From contig JAHBSI010000006.1 of the NCBI GenBank assembly GCA_019639195.1, forward strand, positions 2,754 to 66,753: DNA of 64,000 bases, in the 5' to 3' direction. The DNA comes from Acidobacteriota bacterium. Lineage in GTDB: Bacteria; Acidobacteriota; Blastocatellia; Pyrinomonadales; Pyrinomonadaceae. Positions 11,464 through 22,055 of the stretch are shown here, piece after piece (position 1 is the stretch's first letter; every line of letters starts with the position of its first letter). Position numbers and translations under genes: made by a program. The notes beneath the pieces were generated by a model. That model ran no database searches. It was not told the origin of the DNA and was given only the letters and a program-made list of their open reading frames with translations.

Positions 11464-12423
11464 CTAACTGCGGGCCTTGGCGAGCTCAACCGCCAGTTCG
11501 ATCGCGGCGGCCATATTCTCTGCGCTTGCGATGCCCTTTCCGGCGATATCATACGCTGTCCCGTGATCAACGGATGTGCGGATGACAGGAAGGCCAAGTG
11601 TCACGTTCACGGCCCGGTCAAAGGCGATCGTCTTTACGGGAATTGTCGCCTGGTCGTGATACATTGCAATGACCGCATCGAATTTTCCACGCAATGCATT
11701 AACGAAAACCGTATCGGCGGGATGCGGACCGGAAACATTGATCCCTTCCGCAGAGCACTCTTCGACAGCCGGCGCGATCTGCTCCTGCTCTTCTGTTCCG
11801 AAATGGCCGCCCTCAGAGGCATGTGGGTTTATTCCGGCGACCGCAATGTTCGGCCTACGCCTCAGCAGACGCCCAAACTCGCGATCACAAAATCGAATGA
11901 GATCTGCGACCTTTTCCCGGCTCACGTAACGGATCGCGTCTGTCAGCGGAAGATGCGTTGACATAAGAGCTACACGGAGCTGGCCTGCAAAGAAACTCAT
12001 CGCAAACTCTTTTGTGTCTGTCAGGTGGGCAAGAAACTCCGTATGCCCCGGAAAATCGAGGCCCGCCATGCGGATCGCGTTTTTGCTAATGGGAGCCGTT
12101 ACGATCGCGTCGATCTGGCCCTCTTTCCAGAGGTCAACGGCTCGGACTATATTTTCCGCCGCTGCCTTTCCGGTTACGGCGGAATCAATCCCGTAGGAAA
12201 CCGAAGTTGGAAGATTTTGGAGATCCTCTATCCGAGCCGCTTCGAGAGATGAGCTATCCTGCAAAAAACGAGAGGCGCCGGTCCTAAGGTGAGTACCGTC
12301 GCCTACAAGTGTTATTTTCGCAGACTCAGCGACCGCTGAGTCGTTTATCGCCTTGAGCGTGACCTCAGGCCCGATGCCTGCGGCATCTCCGATCGTGATG
12401 GCAATACGCGGCTTCGACGTCAT
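11464..12423 (-). CDS. pdxA: 4-hydroxythreonine-4-phosphate dehydrogenase
   Basis: PdxA-family pattern along the full length (GDAAGIGPE, GHTEFLA, HGTAYDIAGKG). ATG start. Confidence 0.9.
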   Translation of the reverse strand: MTSKPRIAITIGDAAGIGPEVTLKAINDSAVAESAKITLVGDGTHLRTGASRFLQDSSSLEAARIEDLQNLPTSVSYGIDSAVTGKAAAENIVRAVDLWKEGQIDAIVTAPISKNAIRMAGLDFPGHTEFLAHLTDTKEFAMSFFAGQLRVALMSTHLPLTDAIRYVSREKVADLIRFCDREFGRLLRRRPNIAVAGINPHASEGGHFGTEEQEQIAPAVEECSAEGINVSGPHPADTVFVNALRGKFDAVIAMYHDQATIPVKTIAFDRAVNVTLGLPVIRTSVDHGTAYDIAGKGIASAENMAAAIELAVELAKARS

Positions 12424-12464
12424 AGCCTGATTATCGGCAAATTACTCGAAGAACCGCAATCCCG

Positions 12465-13580
12465 CTAGTCCGCCTGGCGTCGAAGGAAAGTCGGCGTCTC
12501 CAGATCGTCGCTTCCGCCAATTTCCGGGATCGGGGCAAAATTCGCCCGTGCGTTCGCGGCGACCGCCACGGCCTCAACGACCTTTGGCGACGGCAGCGAA
12601 ACGGAGGCAGCGGTATCAAAACCGGTAGCAATTACCGTGATCTTGATCTCGCTCGCCATCTCGTCTTTGATCACACTGCCCCAGATAATGTCTGCGTTTT
12701 CGTCGGCCTCGTTCTCGATCATCCCGATCGCGTCCTCGACCTCGCTCAGGATCATATCCGGTCCGCCAGTCACGTTAATGAGTGCAGCCTTTGCTCCCTT
12801 GATCGAGTTCTCCTCGAGAAGTTTGTAGTCGAGTGCGGCACGCATCGCCTTTGATGCGGCCTCTTCACCTTCACCACGGCCAACGCCCATAAGCGCAACA
12901 CCTTTGCCTCGCATCACGGACGTAACGTCCGCGAAATCGAGATTGATGATGCCCGGCGTCATGATCAGGTCGGTGATTCCCTGGACCGCCTGGAGAAGAA
13001 CGTCGTCTGCACGGCGAAATGCATCAAGGATCGTGATCTTTTCTTCGACCTCGCGAAGCTTCGAGTTTGGAATGGTAATGAGCGTGTCAACGACACCTCG
13101 GAGATCCGCAAGGCCATCTTCGGCCTGCGCCATTCTTCGACGGCCTTCAACGCCGAAAGGCTTCGTAACAACAGCGACGGTAAGTGCACCGAGTTCTGTC
13201 GCAAGCGAAGCTACGACCGGAGCGGCTCCGGTTCCAGTTCCCCCGCCCATTCCCGCGGTAACAAAGACCATATCCGAGCCTTCAAGGATGTCCAGGAGCT
13301 TTTGATGATCTTCGAGAGCAGCTGCACGGCCGATCTCGGGATTCGACCCTGCGCCGAGGCCGCGAGTGGATTTTGTCCCGAGCTGGATCTTTATCGGCGC
13401 CGCTGACGCTTCGAGCGCCTGTAGGTCTGTGTTTGCAACGATGAACTCGACACCTTTGATGCCGGCCTCGATCATTCGGTTTACGGCATTGCCGCCACCG
13501 CCGCCCACACCGATCACCTTGATCCGCGCACCCGTGATCGGCGGTTCATCAATAAACATTTTGATCCCTGTATTGCTCAC
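12465..13580 (-). CDS. ftsZ: cell division protein FtsZ
   Basis: [12 protein letters not shown], tubulin signature [11 protein letters not shown], and C-terminal peptide [15 protein letters not shown] start lies 11 nt after AGGAGG. An alternative ATG is at 13559. Confidence 0.95.
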   Translation of the reverse strand: MSNTGIKMFIDEPPITGARIKVIGVGGGGGNAVNRMIEAGIKGVEFIVANTDLQALEASAAPIKIQLGTKSTRGLGAGSNPEIGRAAALEDHQKLLDILEGSDMVFVTAGMGGGTGTGAAPVVASLATELGALTVAVVTKPFGVEGRRRMAQAEDGLADLRGVVDTLITIPNSKLREVEEKITILDAFRRADDVLLQAVQGITDLIMTPGIINLDFADVTSVMRGKGVALMGVGRGEGEEAASKAMRAALDYKLLEENSIKGAKAALINVTGGPDMILSEVEDAIGMIENEADENADIIWGSVIKDEMASEIKITVIATGFDTAASVSLPSPKVVEAVAVAANARANFAPIPEIGGSDDLETPTFLRRQAD

Positions 13581-13738
13581 TTGCAGGTCATCCTCCTAAG
13601 GTCGAATCAGCTAAACTTTCGGTGTTGTCGTTTGGGAACGCGAGTCCTTAAGCTCTTAAACTGTCGCAACTAGATGTAGTGCTGACGGGTAAAAAGCATA
13701 CAACGATTGGTGATAAAAAGCCAATCGAAATTTAGCAT

Positions 13739-14977
13739 TTATTTAATTTTTTTTCGTAATCCGTCGAACCAGTTAGCGATGCGGCCGACGGCACCGCGTC
13801 CATGAGAGTTCTCATCACGGAGCGCGGCCCTGTAGGAGAAGCTTGCGAGTCCGCAGGCTACCGACCAGGCAGGAGTTTGGACCTGTTCGATCAGGCCGCC
13901 GAAGAGGTGTTTTTCGGGAAAGCCAAGACGCGTCGGCGCGTCAAATACCTGTTCCGCGATCTCGCAAAGACCGCGAACCATTGAGCCGCCACCGGTCAGG
14001 ACGACGCCGCTCGAAATTTGAAGGGGCACTTTTCGGGTTTCGCGTGCGATATGCTGGAGCAATTCAACCGCTCTCGGCTGCATTATGTCGGACAGGATCT
14101 CTTTCGAAAGGCCGCGTTTTTCGTTGCGTCCGACGGGCATGATCTCGATCACTTCCTGACGCTCGTCGTCGTCGAGCAAGAAGCCCGCAACACAACCGAA
14201 GTCATGCTTGATCTCGTTCGCCTGTGGGATCGAAACGCGCAAACCGACTGCGATATCTTTTGTAAAATGCGTACTGCCAAACGGAAAGACCGCCATGTGC
14301 TGAACAGCACCGCGTGTGTAGATCGTGAGGTTTGTGAGTTCAGCTCCAAAATTCACCACCGCGCAGCCGTATTCCCGATCGTCGTCGGTTATCGCGCTCT
14401 CGGCGGCGGCGAGCGGCTCAAGAACGCTCTGCTCGATATCGAGGCCGGCGCGTTCAACAGCCTTCGCCAAATTTTGCCGTCCGGCGCTCGGGCTCGTAAC
14501 AACGTGGACGCGTGCTTCAAGCCGCGAACCTGTCATACCGATCGGTTCGATGATGCCGTCCTGCCCGTCGATAATGAACTCCTGCGGCAACCGGTCAACG
14601 ATCTCCCAACCGGGCTGAAGAGGCATCGCGCTTGCCGAATCGATAGCCCGCTCGATGTCGTCCTCCGAGATCTCCTTGTCCGGGCCCGCGACAGCTACCA
14701 CACCCGCTTTGTTCTCGCCTTGGAAATGTTCACCGGAAAGATTGACGGTCGCACGCTCGATCTCGAGGCCGCTAACGCGTTCGGCCTCGCCTACCGCCTT
14801 GCGAATTGCATCTGCAACTGCTTCGGTCGAAGTGACGATGCCGCGACGCATTCCACGCGATTCCGCCTCACCCACGCCAACAACATTTAGTTTGCCGTCC
14901 GCTGCAGGTTCTGCGACGACGCAGCGGACACGGCTGGTGCCAACATCAAGGCCAATTGCATGCATGTCATTGCTCAT
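13739..14977 (-). CDS. ftsA: cell division protein FtsA
   Basis: Actin-like ATPase fold (IGLDVGTSRV.., LTGGGS). Canonical position between ftsQ and ftsZ. Confidence 0.95.
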   Translation of the reverse strand: MSNDMHAIGLDVGTSRVRCVVAEPAADGKLNVVGVGEAESRGMRRGIVTSTEAVADAIRKAVGEAERVSGLEIERATVNLSGEHFQGENKAGVVAVAGPDKEISEDDIERAIDSASAMPLQPGWEIVDRLPQEFIIDGQDGIIEPIGMTGSRLEARVHVVTSPSAGRQNLAKAVERAGLDIEQSVLEPLAAAESAITDDDREYGCAVVNFGAELTNLTIYTRGAVQHMAVFPFGSTHFTKDIAVGLRVSIPQANEIKHDFGCVAGFLLDDDERQEVIEIMPVGRNEKRGLSKEILSDIMQPRAVELLQHIARETRKVPLQISSGVVLTGGGSMVRGLCEIAEQVFDAPTRLGFPEKHLFGGLIEQVQTPAWSVACGLASFSYRAALRDENSHGRGAVGRIANWFDGLRKKIK

Positions 14978-15003
14978 CAGAGGTTTACGCTGGCTATTAT
15001 AAA

Positions 15004-15828
15004 CTAATTGTTTAAGTATTCAAGCACGGGCGATACGCCCGCGGCATTTACCGCCTGGACCTTTTCACCCTTACCCGCAACTGCTTCGAGTGCGGATTTC
15101 AGGCTCTTTGCGAGATCATCTTTTGCAAGGAAAACATTGATCGGACGGCCGCTGTCCTCGATGACCGCATTGGGCTCGCGAAGGCTCGAAAGATTCACTT
15201 CTTTCACCCGCTTTGCGAGGCCAAAGCTCCTCCAATCTTCGATCATCTTGCGATAAAGCTTGATCCTCGCCAGGTTGTCGTCAAGCGCATTTGCGGATTT
15301 CGAACGGTCCCAGCCTCGCATCGCAAAAGGAAGGTCCGGTTCGGCCTTCGTTACAGGAGCAAGGATCATCCCGGTCTCGTCGACCAAACGATCTCCTTCG
15401 TCCAGCCTAACGATCGCTACCGGAACACGCTCAAGGACCTCGACCCTTATCCCTGACGGTAGGTCCAACGACACGGACGCCGTCTTTACGAACGGCAAAG
15501 TCTCGATCTTCTGCCTTATCGCTGCAATGTCGCTTTCCCAAACGCCCGACTTCTCGGAATTTGCAAGAACGATCTTACGGATATCTTCTTCAGAGGAACG
15601 TTCAACTCCGACGACCTTAACCGCCTTCAGATCGAAGAATGAGGAATTCACTGCAGAGCGGTAGGCGCCAAGACCAACAAAGGCGATGCCCGCGAGCAGC
15701 AGACCAGCAAAAACCAACCCAATAATGGTCTTGCCGAGACGCTCACTTCCAGTCGAGTCAGTATTGGCACGCCGTGCTTTCTTCTTAGTTCGCCCGCTTT
15801 TGAGAGTGCTCTTCCTCTTCTTTGCCAT
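15004..15828 (-). CDS. ftsQ: cell division protein FtsQ (POTRA domain)
   Basis: Lys/Arg-rich N-tail, one TM, then a POTRA/FtsQ-type periplasmic domain. Position between murC and ftsA. Confidence 0.8.
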   Translation of the reverse strand: MAKKRKSTLKSGRTKKKARRANTDSTGSERLGKTIIGLVFAGLLLAGIAFVGLGAYRSAVNSSFFDLKAVKVVGVERSSEEDIRKIVLANSEKSGVWESDIAAIRQKIETLPFVKTASVSLDLPSGIRVEVLERVPVAIVRLDEGDRLVDETGMILAPVTKAEPDLPFAMRGWDRSKSANALDDNLARIKLYRKMIEDWRSFGLAKRVKEVNLSSLREPNAVIEDSGRPINVFLAKDDLAKSLKSALEAVAGKGEKVQAVNAAGVSPVLEYLNN

Positions 15829-17214
15829 TTACTTCCCGCCTATTTTAGCAACGATCTCATCCGAGAGGCGAGTTACGGTTCCTGCACCAAGCGTTATTAC
15901 GAGATCGCCCGGCAAAAGATCCGGAATAACGCGATCGGCGGCCTTCTCTATATCGCCGATATAAATGGCGTTCTTATGACCGAATCTCTTGATGTTCTCA
16001 GTCAGCACCTCGGCGGTGATCCCTTCGATCGGAGCCTCGCTCGCAGCATAAATATCCAGGACATAAAGGATGTCAGCATTATTGAACGCGACCACGAAGT
16101 CGTCCATCAACTCACTGGTGCGCGAGTATCGATGCGGCTGAAAGATAACAACCGTTCGGCGTCCCGCTGCCGCGTTCTTTGCGGCCAAAAGGGTTGCAGC
16201 GATCTCTGTAGGATGGTGGCCGTAGTCATCGACGACGGAAATACCATTTGCTTCACCCTTAAACTGAAAGCGCCTGTCCGCATTCTTAAAGGTCGCGAAT
16301 GCTTCGACGATCATCTCGAACGGAATATCCATTTCGAGGGCGACCGCCGTTGCAGCCAACGCATTGTAAACATTGTGTTTACCCGGAACCGGCAGGTGCA
16401 TCTCGCCAAGGACAGTGTCTCCTCGCCAAACATTGAATCTTGAGCCGAACTCGCTGTCATATCGGATCTCATGCGCGGAAATATCGGCCTGTGCGGTCAT
16501 CCCGTAGGTGACGCGGCGGCGTTTGATGTGCGGAATGATAAGCTGAACGTTCGGGTCGTCAAGACAGATCACCGCTGCCCCAAAGAATGGAACCTTGTTC
16601 ACAAAATCCGTAAAACACTGGACGACATCGTCCATGTTCTTATAGGATTCCATATGCTCTTTATCGATGTTGGTCACAACGGCGATCGTCGGATAAAGCA
16701 TCAGGAAAGAGCGGTCGCTTTCGTCGGCTTCGGTGACGAACCATTCGGAACTGCCAACGCTTGCGTTTGATCCAAGCTTCTCAACGATACCGCCAACCAC
16801 CGCCGTCGGATCGATACCCGCGTGACCGAGGATGGTCGCAACCATCGACGTCGTCGTGGTCTTGCCATGCGTGCCGGAAACAGCAACTGCATAAGGTTTC
16901 AGGACCATCAACTCCGCGAGCATTTCGGCGCGCGGGATAACCGGAATTCCGGCTTCTTTTGCGGCCGCGATCTCCGGATTATCATCCTTGACCGCCGATG
17001 AAAATACGACGACCTGGGCGTCGCCAATATTCTCCGCAGCATGTCCTTCGAAAAATTTCAGGTCAAACGTCTTTATCAATCTTTCGGTATTCGGGCTTCG
17101 CCGAATGTCCGAACCCGAGACCGAAAACCCTAAACTCAATAGCACTTCGGCGATACCGCTCATTCCGATGCCGCCAATACCAACAAAATGGATCTTTCTT
17201 ACGTGTCTGAACAT
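15829..17214 (-). CDS. murC: UDP-N-acetylmuramate--L-alanine ligase
   Basis: N-terminal GIGGIGMSGIAE and Mur-ligase P-loop GTHGKTTTTSM. Confidence 0.95.
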   Translation of the reverse strand: MFRHVRKIHFVGIGGIGMSGIAEVLLSLGFSVSGSDIRRSPNTERLIKTFDLKFFEGHAAENIGDAQVVVFSSAVKDDNPEIAAAKEAGIPVIPRAEMLAELMVLKPYAVAVSGTHGKTTTTSMVATILGHAGIDPTAVVGGIVEKLGSNASVGSSEWFVTEADESDRSFLMLYPTIAVVTNIDKEHMESYKNMDDVVQCFTDFVNKVPFFGAAVICLDDPNVQLIIPHIKRRRVTYGMTAQADISAHEIRYDSEFGSRFNVWRGDTVLGEMHLPVPGKHNVYNALAATAVALEMDIPFEMIVEAFATFKNADRRFQFKGEANGISVVDDYGHHPTEIAATLLAAKNAAAGRRTVVIFQPHRYSRTSELMDDFVVAFNNADILYVLDIYAASEAPIEGITAEVLTENIKRFGHKNAIYIGDIEKAADRVIPDLLPGDLVITLGAGTVTRLSDEIVAKIGGK

Positions 17215-17227
17215 TAAATGGATCTGA

Positions 17228-18295
17228 TTACTTTTTTGCTAACTCTTCTATTATATCAACGGTTGCCGCCGCGGCGTCAGGGCGCGCGAGTTTTCTTGCC
17301 GACCGCGACATTTCGATTAGCCGTTCCGGTTCGTTTCTGAGTGTCTCGATGCTCTCTGCAAGGACGCTGCCGGTGAGTTCATTTTGCAGGATCATTTCCG
17401 CTGCACCTACTCGAACTAGCGCCTCTGCATTCTTCCTCTGATGATCGTCGGCCGCCGTCGGCAAAGGGATCATTATTGCAGGTTTTCCTGCCGCCGCAAC
17501 TTCTGCACACGTCGTTGCTCCCGCTCGGCAAATAATTAAATCGGCGTCACGAAATGAGTCGACCATATTCGTGATGTAGGGCCGAACGTCCGCCTTCCAA
17601 CCAGCGGCCTCATACGCCGATGCCACGACCTCCTGATCTGCTTCACCGGTTTGGTGGACGATCGATATCTTTTCCCGATCAAGGAATTCGGTCGCCGCAG
17701 TGACGGCACGATTAATGGCCTGCGAACCCTGCGAACCGCCAAATACGAGCACTCGAAGCGGAGTATGCGGTTCTTCAAATTCGATCCCAAAGAACTCGTC
17801 TCTTACGGGATTGCCCGTCACCACGGCCTTCTTCCCAAAATATGGTACCGCTTCCTCAAAAGTAAGAGCAGCTCTATCGACGAATCTTGCGAGTTTGCGG
17901 TTCGTAAACCCGGGAAGTGCGTTGGAATCCATGACGAGCGTTCGACGTCCCATCAAAGCGGCGGTCAAAAGCACCGGCCCTGAAACATAGCCGCCCGCAC
18001 CAATGACAACATTTGGACGATAATCACGAATCAGTTTCCACGCCTCAAGAAAGCTCTTCGGAAGGACGATCATCCCGCGGATCTTTCCTTTAAGGCCAAC
18101 GTTCTTCAGACCGGTGCTCTTTATCACCGAGAGTTGAAATCCATTTTCCGGGACGATACGCACCTCGAGGCCCTTTGCAGTGCCAACAAAGAGGACCTCG
18201 GAATTCTCGTCGCGACGCATAAGCTCTTTTGCGACCGCGATCCCCGGATAAATGTGGCCGCCGGTGCCGCCGGCAGCTATTAGGACTCTCGGCAT
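17228..18295 (-). CDS. murG: undecaprenyldiphospho-muramoylpentapeptide beta-N-acetylglucosaminyltransferase
   Basis: GT28 N-terminal motif AAGGTGGHIYPG. The first ATG (18295) is used rather than GTG at 18304. Confidence 0.95.
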   Translation of the reverse strand: MPRVLIAAGGTGGHIYPGIAVAKELMRRDENSEVLFVGTAKGLEVRIVPENGFQLSVIKSTGLKNVGLKGKIRGMIVLPKSFLEAWKLIRDYRPNVVIGAGGYVSGPVLLTAALMGRRTLVMDSNALPGFTNRKLARFVDRAALTFEEAVPYFGKKAVVTGNPVRDEFFGIEFEEPHTPLRVLVFGGSQGSQAINRAVTAATEFLDREKISIVHQTGEADQEVVASAYEAAGWKADVRPYITNMVDSFRDADLIICRAGATTCAEVAAAGKPAIMIPLPTAADDHQRKNAEALVRVGAAEMILQNELTGSVLAESIETLRNEPERLIEMSRSARKLARPDAAAATVDIIEELAKK

Positions 18296-18300
18296 AAAAA

Positions 18301-19449
18301 TCACCTTCGGCGGTGCGACGCCGCCCGGCTCGAGGTGGTGCTTCGCTCCGGTGCTCCCGCAAATCTGGAAATACTCAACAGAAGGCCGACTGCCGCCAGC
18401 GAGACCACGACCGATGACCCTCCATACGAAATGAACGGTAGCGGAATACCTTTCGCGGGCAAAATTGAGATCACTACGCTAATGTTAAAAAGTGCCTGAA
18501 CGATCAGCCCGGTGATCAGCCCAATGCCCAGCAGCATCCCGAACCGGTCAGCGGCGAGCATTGCCGCACGAGTTCCACGCCAGAAAAGCAGAGCAAAAGC
18601 GAGAACGACGGCAAGCGTCCCTAACAACCCAAGTTCCTCGCCAACGACGGAGAAAATAAAATCGGAGTATGGATACGGCAGATAGAATAGCTTCGCCTGG
18701 CCTTGAGCAAACCCCTCGCCGAACACACCTCCAGAACCAATTGCATACAGCGATTGAACTACCTGATATCCCGCGTCATCAGAGTACTTATAAGGATCGA
18801 GGAACGCCATCAAACGTGCGACTCGCCACGGTGCAAATATCAATGCCGCTGCACCCGCGACGACCATTGCTGCGGCTACGCTCGCAATGTGCATTATCTT
18901 AGCGCCTGCCGCAAAATAAACGGCTGAGAACACAGCGCAAAGCACCATCGTAGTCCCGAGATCTTTCTCGGCCATAACGAGTCCCGCAAGTAGGAGCAAC
19001 CCGAGCACGCATGGAAATACCGTTTTCTTAAGATCGCCGACCGTATTCTCGTTCTTTGTCAGGAACCAAGCGAGGAAGATCGGCAAAGCCAATTTCGCGA
19101 TCTCGGACGGCTGCAGCGAAAATCCGCCGAATCGTATCCACCGCTTCGCGCCATTGATCGCCGGAAAGAAGAATACAGCGACCAGCATCAACGCCGTGAT
19201 AGCCAAGATCGCATAAACGACCGCCCGATTATTAAGGATACGGTAATCAATGCGGCTGATGATGAACATTAGGGCGATCCCAACAAGGGCGAACGTGAGC
19301 TGCTTATAGAAATAGCCGAATTGACTGGTTTCCTGGCTCTCGCGAAAAGCGATCATCGCCGAGGCGCTGTACACCATGAGTGTGCCGAAAAGCGCAAGGC
19401 CGCCCGCGAGCAAAAATAGGAACCAATCTGTTCGTCTTTCGTCAGCCAC
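18301..19449 (-). CDS. ftsW: SEDS-family peptidoglycan glycosyltransferase FtsW
   Basis: Polytopic FtsW/RodA pattern (SEIAKL, PLPFISYGGSS). Position between murD and murG. Confidence 0.9.
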   Translation of the reverse strand: MADERRTDWFLFLLAGGLALFGTLMVYSASAMIAFRESQETSQFGYFYKQLTFALVGIALMFIISRIDYRILNNRAVVYAILAITALMLVAVFFFPAINGAKRWIRFGGFSLQPSEIAKLALPIFLAWFLTKNENTVGDLKKTVFPCVLGLLLLAGLVMAEKDLGTTMVLCAVFSAVYFAAGAKIMHIASVAAAMVVAGAAALIFAPWRVARLMAFLDPYKYSDDAGYQVVQSLYAIGSGGVFGEGFAQGQAKLFYLPYPYSDFIFSVVGEELGLLGTLAVVLAFALLFWRGTRAAMLAADRFGMLLGIGLITGLIVQALFNISVVISILPAKGIPLPFISYGGSSVVVSLAAVGLLLSISRFAGAPERSTTSSRAASHRRR

Positions 19450-19450
19450 G

Positions 19451-20833
19451 CTAGTTTGCCGCCTTCCTCCCCGACTTCAACTTCCGCACGGCCGCCTTAA
19501 AGATCGTGCCTCGTTCTTCGAAGCTCTTGAACATATCAAAGCTCGCACACGCCGGAGCCAACAGCACAGAATCACCGGCTTCCGCCGCAGAGAATCCGGC
19601 TAAAACTGCATCCTCGATGTTTTCAACTCGCTCGATCTCGACCTGGCCGGCAAGCTGAGAACTGATGTTGTCAGCATCTTCGCCAAGCACTATAACGCGC
19701 CGAACGCATTGGTGAATCAGCGGTATCAGTGGTGCATAAGGCGCGCTCTTGCCGCGTCCACCAAGGATCACGATCGTTTTTCCTGCGTCTTCGCTCAAAG
19801 CACTAAGAGCTTTTGCTGTCGCATCGACCGATGTTGCCTTTGAGTCGTTATAGAATCGGACGCCCTCAACCTCTTCGACAAATTCGATACGATGCTCAAC
19901 GCCCTTGAATTCGGCTACGGCACGACGGATCGTCGAGATGTCCACACCGCACGTGATCCCGGCTGCGAAAGCGGCAAGCACATTCTCCACGTTATGAAGG
20001 CCACGGAGGAAGATCTCGTCTCGCGTCGTCAGAACCGTCTCTGCATCGTCGAGTATGCTAATAAGATCGAGTCCGCGGAGGAACACACCATTCTCCGGCT
20101 CGGTATTAATACTGAATTTAATAACTCTAGCCTTCAAGCCGCTTGACCATTCGTCGGTCACAGAATTGTCAGCGTTCAAGATCGCCGTATCCTCGGAAGT
20201 TTGATTCAGGAAAATGCGGTGTTTTGCGGCCGCGTAGTCTAGAAACGAGTCGTAACGATCGAGGTGATTTGGCGTCACGTTGAGGCAGAGGGCGACGTCA
20301 CAGCGAAAGTCAACGATCGTTTCGAGCTGAAAACTCGAGAGCTCAACGACCGTCCATCCGTCATCCTGTGACGTTTCGACAAGATCGAGCAGCGGCGTAC
20401 CAATGTTGCCGCCAACTTGGGTCGGAATACCGGCGGCCTTCAAGATCTCGCCAATAAGCGCCGTTGTTGTCGTCTTTCCGTTCGAGCCTGTAATGCCAAC
20501 AACACGGCCTTTTAGGAATCGATAGGCAAGCTCAACCTCGCCGATAACTTCGCCATCCTTTCGATCTACGTATCGAGCAGGCAATGTCGTTTTTGGGACT
20601 CCGGGAGAGATTACAACAAGGTCGATCTGGTCGAGCAGCCACGATGGAAGATCCCCGCCGATCAGCCCTACCTTGTGCGAGCCTTTTAATCCCTGCGCAC
20701 TTTCCGGCCAGGATTCAACGGGCTTCTTGTCGTGCAAAGCGACTGTGGCTCCGCGGTCCGCAAGAAATCGTGCAGATGCGACACCTGACTTGCCTGCGCC
20801 GAGCACTAGTGCTTTTCTACCGGAAATTTCCAT
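19451..20833 (-). CDS. murD: UDP-N-acetylmuramoylalanine--D-glutamate ligase
   Basis: LVLGAGKSG Rossmann start and P-loop GSNGKTTT. The ATG at 20833 matches usual MurD N-termini. The ORF-track start at 20902 is GTG. Confidence 0.9.
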   Translation of the reverse strand: MEISGRKALVLGAGKSGVASARFLADRGATVALHDKKPVESWPESAQGLKGSHKVGLIGGDLPSWLLDQIDLVVISPGVPKTTLPARYVDRKDGEVIGEVELAYRFLKGRVVGITGSNGKTTTTALIGEILKAAGIPTQVGGNIGTPLLDLVETSQDDGWTVVELSSFQLETIVDFRCDVALCLNVTPNHLDRYDSFLDYAAAKHRIFLNQTSEDTAILNADNSVTDEWSSGLKARVIKFSINTEPENGVFLRGLDLISILDDAETVLTTRDEIFLRGLHNVENVLAAFAAGITCGVDISTIRRAVAEFKGVEHRIEFVEEVEGVRFYNDSKATSVDATAKALSALSEDAGKTIVILGGRGKSAPYAPLIPLIHQCVRRVIVLGEDADNISSQLAGQVEIERVENIEDAVLAGFSAAEAGDSVLLAPACASFDMFKSFEERGTIFKAAVRKLKSGRKAAN

Positions 20834-20907
20834 CTTCAACAAAGATAACGAGCTCCTCCATTGCCTCGCAGCAACGGAAGTCGCAAGATCTGACCAATGC
20901 ACTTTCT

Positions 20908-22053
20908 CTACCGCAGTTTGAGCGTTGAGAGACTTAAAAGGGCGAAAAGGATCGCCACGATCACAAAACGAAACACGATCTTAGGCTCCTTCCATCCGGA
21001 CATCTGAAAGTGATGATGGAGAGGCGCCTGAAGGAATATTCGCTTGCCCACGCCTGTGCTGCGTTTTGTGAACTTAAAGTACGAGACCTGCAGCATTACG
21101 GACACAGCTTCAAGTATGAACACGCCGCCAATGAACGGCAGCAGAAATTCCTGTTTTGTAAGGATCGCGACCGTTCCAAGCGCACCGCCGATCGCAAGAC
21201 TTCCAACGTCGCCCATAAAGACCTCTGCCGGCGGCGAATTGAACCACAGGAATCCAAGACTCGCACCGACCATCGCCCCGCAAAAAACCGTCAATTCGCC
21301 GGACGAGGGGTTGAACGTAAGATCAAGATACTCGGCCCAACGCTTATCACTTCCAACATACGTAAGCGCGGTCAAGGCAGACATCGCAATGAACGTTACG
21401 CTGGTTGCGAGTCCGTCAAGGCCATCGGTCAGATTCACAGCATTCGACGATCCCAGAAGGATGAATATCATGAAGATCAGGTAGATCCCGGCTGGGATCA
21501 CACTGATGCCCGCTGTTTCCGCTGTGTCCTTGAAAAATGGGATGCTAAGGTTCCACGAATAGTTCGTGAAGTAGAACAACACGCCAAACACCGCACAGGC
21601 GGTTATTAACTGCCCCAGAAGTTTTTGTTTGCCGGTAAGTCCGAGGCTGCGCTTTTTGACGATCTTAATGTAGTCGTCCGCAAAGCCGATCGCCGCGAAT
21701 GCAGTGGTCGCACCGAGCGCAAGCCAAAGATAGATGCCATCCAATTTTGCCCAGAGGAGCGTGGAGATGATAACCGACCCGATGATCAATACGCCGCCCA
21801 TCGTCGGCGTTCCCTTCTTGGCTTGATGTTCCTCCGACAACTCCTCGCGGATCTCTTGCCCGACATTCAGCTCGCGGAGTTTTCGAATTACCGTCTTCCC
21901 CAAAAGCAGTGAGATCAGCAGGGCCGTAATAGTCGCCCAGGCCGTTCTAAACGTGACGTACTGAAAGACATTGAAGACCTTGTAGAAATATGATGCGTCC
22001 GGCGCGACTCCGTAAGATTTATATAGAAATTGGTAGAGGAAGTGAAAAAGCAT
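20908..22053 (-). CDS. mraY: phospho-N-acetylmuramoyl-pentapeptide transferase
   Basis: Polytopic membrane protein with MraY motifs ([20 protein letters not shown]). Confidence 0.95.
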   Translation of the reverse strand: MLFHFLYQFLYKSYGVAPDASYFYKVFNVFQYVTFRTAWATITALLISLLLGKTVIRKLRELNVGQEIREELSEEHQAKKGTPTMGGVLIIGSVIISTLLWAKLDGIYLWLALGATTAFAAIGFADDYIKIVKKRSLGLTGKQKLLGQLITACAVFGVLFYFTNYSWNLSIPFFKDTAETAGISVIPAGIYLIFMIFILLGSSNAVNLTDGLDGLATSVTFIAMSALTALTYVGSDKRWAEYLDLTFNPSSGELTVFCGAMVGASLGFLWFNSPPAEVFMGDVGSLAIGGALGTVAILTKQEFLLPFIGGVFILEAVSVMLQVSYFKFTKRSTGVGKRIFLQAPLHHHFQMSGWKEPKIVFRFVIVAILFALLSLSTLKLR

Positions 22054-22055
22054 GG